38,994 bases of DNA, taken from the IMG/VR virus record IMGVR_UViG_3300028835_001421, one strand, 5' to 3'. The stretch is from a virus. This document shows, piece by piece, positions 38,324 to 38,994 of this stretch. The translations under genes were made by a program, and so were the position numbers. How positions within the stretch are numbered: the first letter of the stretch is position 1; every line of letters begins with the position of its first letter. The notes under the pieces were generated by a model that saw nothing but the letters and a program-made list of their open reading frames with translations, had not been told where the DNA came from and did no database searches.

Positions 38324-38994
38324 ATGAACCAAAGATACACCATCCCCCGCCGAAGTCAAGAAGAACCAGCAAATACCCTTTGTGTATCACCTAAAAAAGC
38401 TTTTGTAGACGCTTGGGGGACGGATACCGACGGTACTTGGGTTAGCCCGTCCCCTGTCTCTTTATTCAGATATGACCCCCGTAAATTCATAAGAAACATG
38501 TTCCGTAAGATAGACAGGCTTGTTCTTAACGAGCTCGTATCTTATTCACATCTATACCGGCATGTGTTTGTCTCTCAGTCCACGATAGCGGCTAACATAG
38601 GCTATACACGTTCAGAGGTAAACAAGAGCATAGGACGCCTTAAATCGTTTGGTCTCGTTCGTGCTATATATCGGCATTGGCAGCCATCAATATACAAATT
38701 AACTTCACTTTTCAAGCTCAAGCGTGTAATAAACAAGATAGGTTCGTTTATAACTAGCCTCCTGACGTACAATAGGAAAAATCACACACAATTGAATTTA
38801 TTAGTTAGTAGTAAGTTAAATAGTATTACCATGTCATGTATTAGTAGTAACTTAACTTACAATAGTAAGAGGGCACTCCCCAAAAGCGGCACAACCGGTG
38901 ACCATTTTACTAAATCAACACGATGTTGCCCACTTGGAGTCCGTCCCTCTGGAGGCAGAGTGATGACGAAAGAAGAAATAGGCTTAAGAGTGAA
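38324..38994 (+). CDS. Replication-initiator-like winged-helix protein, N-terminal part (ORF runs off the window end and continues at nt 2..631)
   Basis: ATG 3 nt after aaaggaat, with no stop up to the window end. Translated by hand as MNQRYTIPRR...RLVLNELVSYSHLYRHVFVSQSTIAANIGYTRSEVNKSIGRLKSFGLVRAIY..., which fits a wHTH. Absent from the ORF track because it lacks a stop within the window. Confidence 0.7.
   Translation, partial: MNQRYTIPRRSQEEPANTLCVSPKKAFVDAWGTDTDGTWVSPSPVSLFRYDPRKFIRNMFRKIDRLVLNELVSYSHLYRHVFVSQSTIAANIGYTRSEVNKSIGRLKSFGLVRAIYRHWQPSIYKLTSLFKLKRVINKIGSFITSLLTYNRKNHTQLNLLVSSKLNSITMSCISSNLTYNSKRALPKSGTTGDHFTKSTRCCPLGVRPSGGRVMTKEEIGLRV
38851..38994. repeat. Terminal duplication, copy 2 (exact match to 1..144)
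   Basis: Read directly; identical to 1..144. Confidence 0.95.

Overview
This window is a complete tailed-phage genome carrying an exact 144-nt terminal duplication (1..144 = 38851..38994), so the unique length is 38850 bp. The layout is podovirus-like. GC is roughly 40% by eye, and most genes have strong AGGAG-type SD sites.

Plus-strand block (38324, wrapping through the contig ends, to 20798): a replication-initiator-like wHTH gene split by the contig ends and missing from the ORF track; about 10 small early ORFs; a TerS-like HTH protein; TerL (3658..5013); four small membrane proteins; portal (7159..9222); a scaffold-like protein; the major capsid protein (11739..12692); tail-module proteins; and low-complexity internal-protein candidates.

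Minus-strand accessory island (20814..23475): seven SD-preceded signal-peptide/TM proteins with their own sigma70-like promoters, followed by an HNH-RHH fusion gene (23812..24279). The island lies between the ejection-like genes and the receptor-binding genes.

Plus-strand receptor-binding block (24495..34490): a beta-helix fibre with 3 x 294-nt tandem repeats, three paralogous ~110-aa proteins, a 1006-aa tailspike with a pectin-lyase-fold-like motif, an HNH-NUMOD3 homing endonuclease, and two Asp-box-like beta-propeller proteins.

Minus-strand early operon (37771..34568), translationally coupled: an RHH regulator, two ERF-family annealing proteins, and a free-standing copy of an ERF C-terminal tail.

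By eye I saw no tRNA, CRISPR array, integrase, polymerase or recognisable endolysin. The most unusual element is the antisense secreted/membrane-protein island. The host cannot be determined from the sequence alone. All functional calls rest on motifs read by eye; no searches were run.
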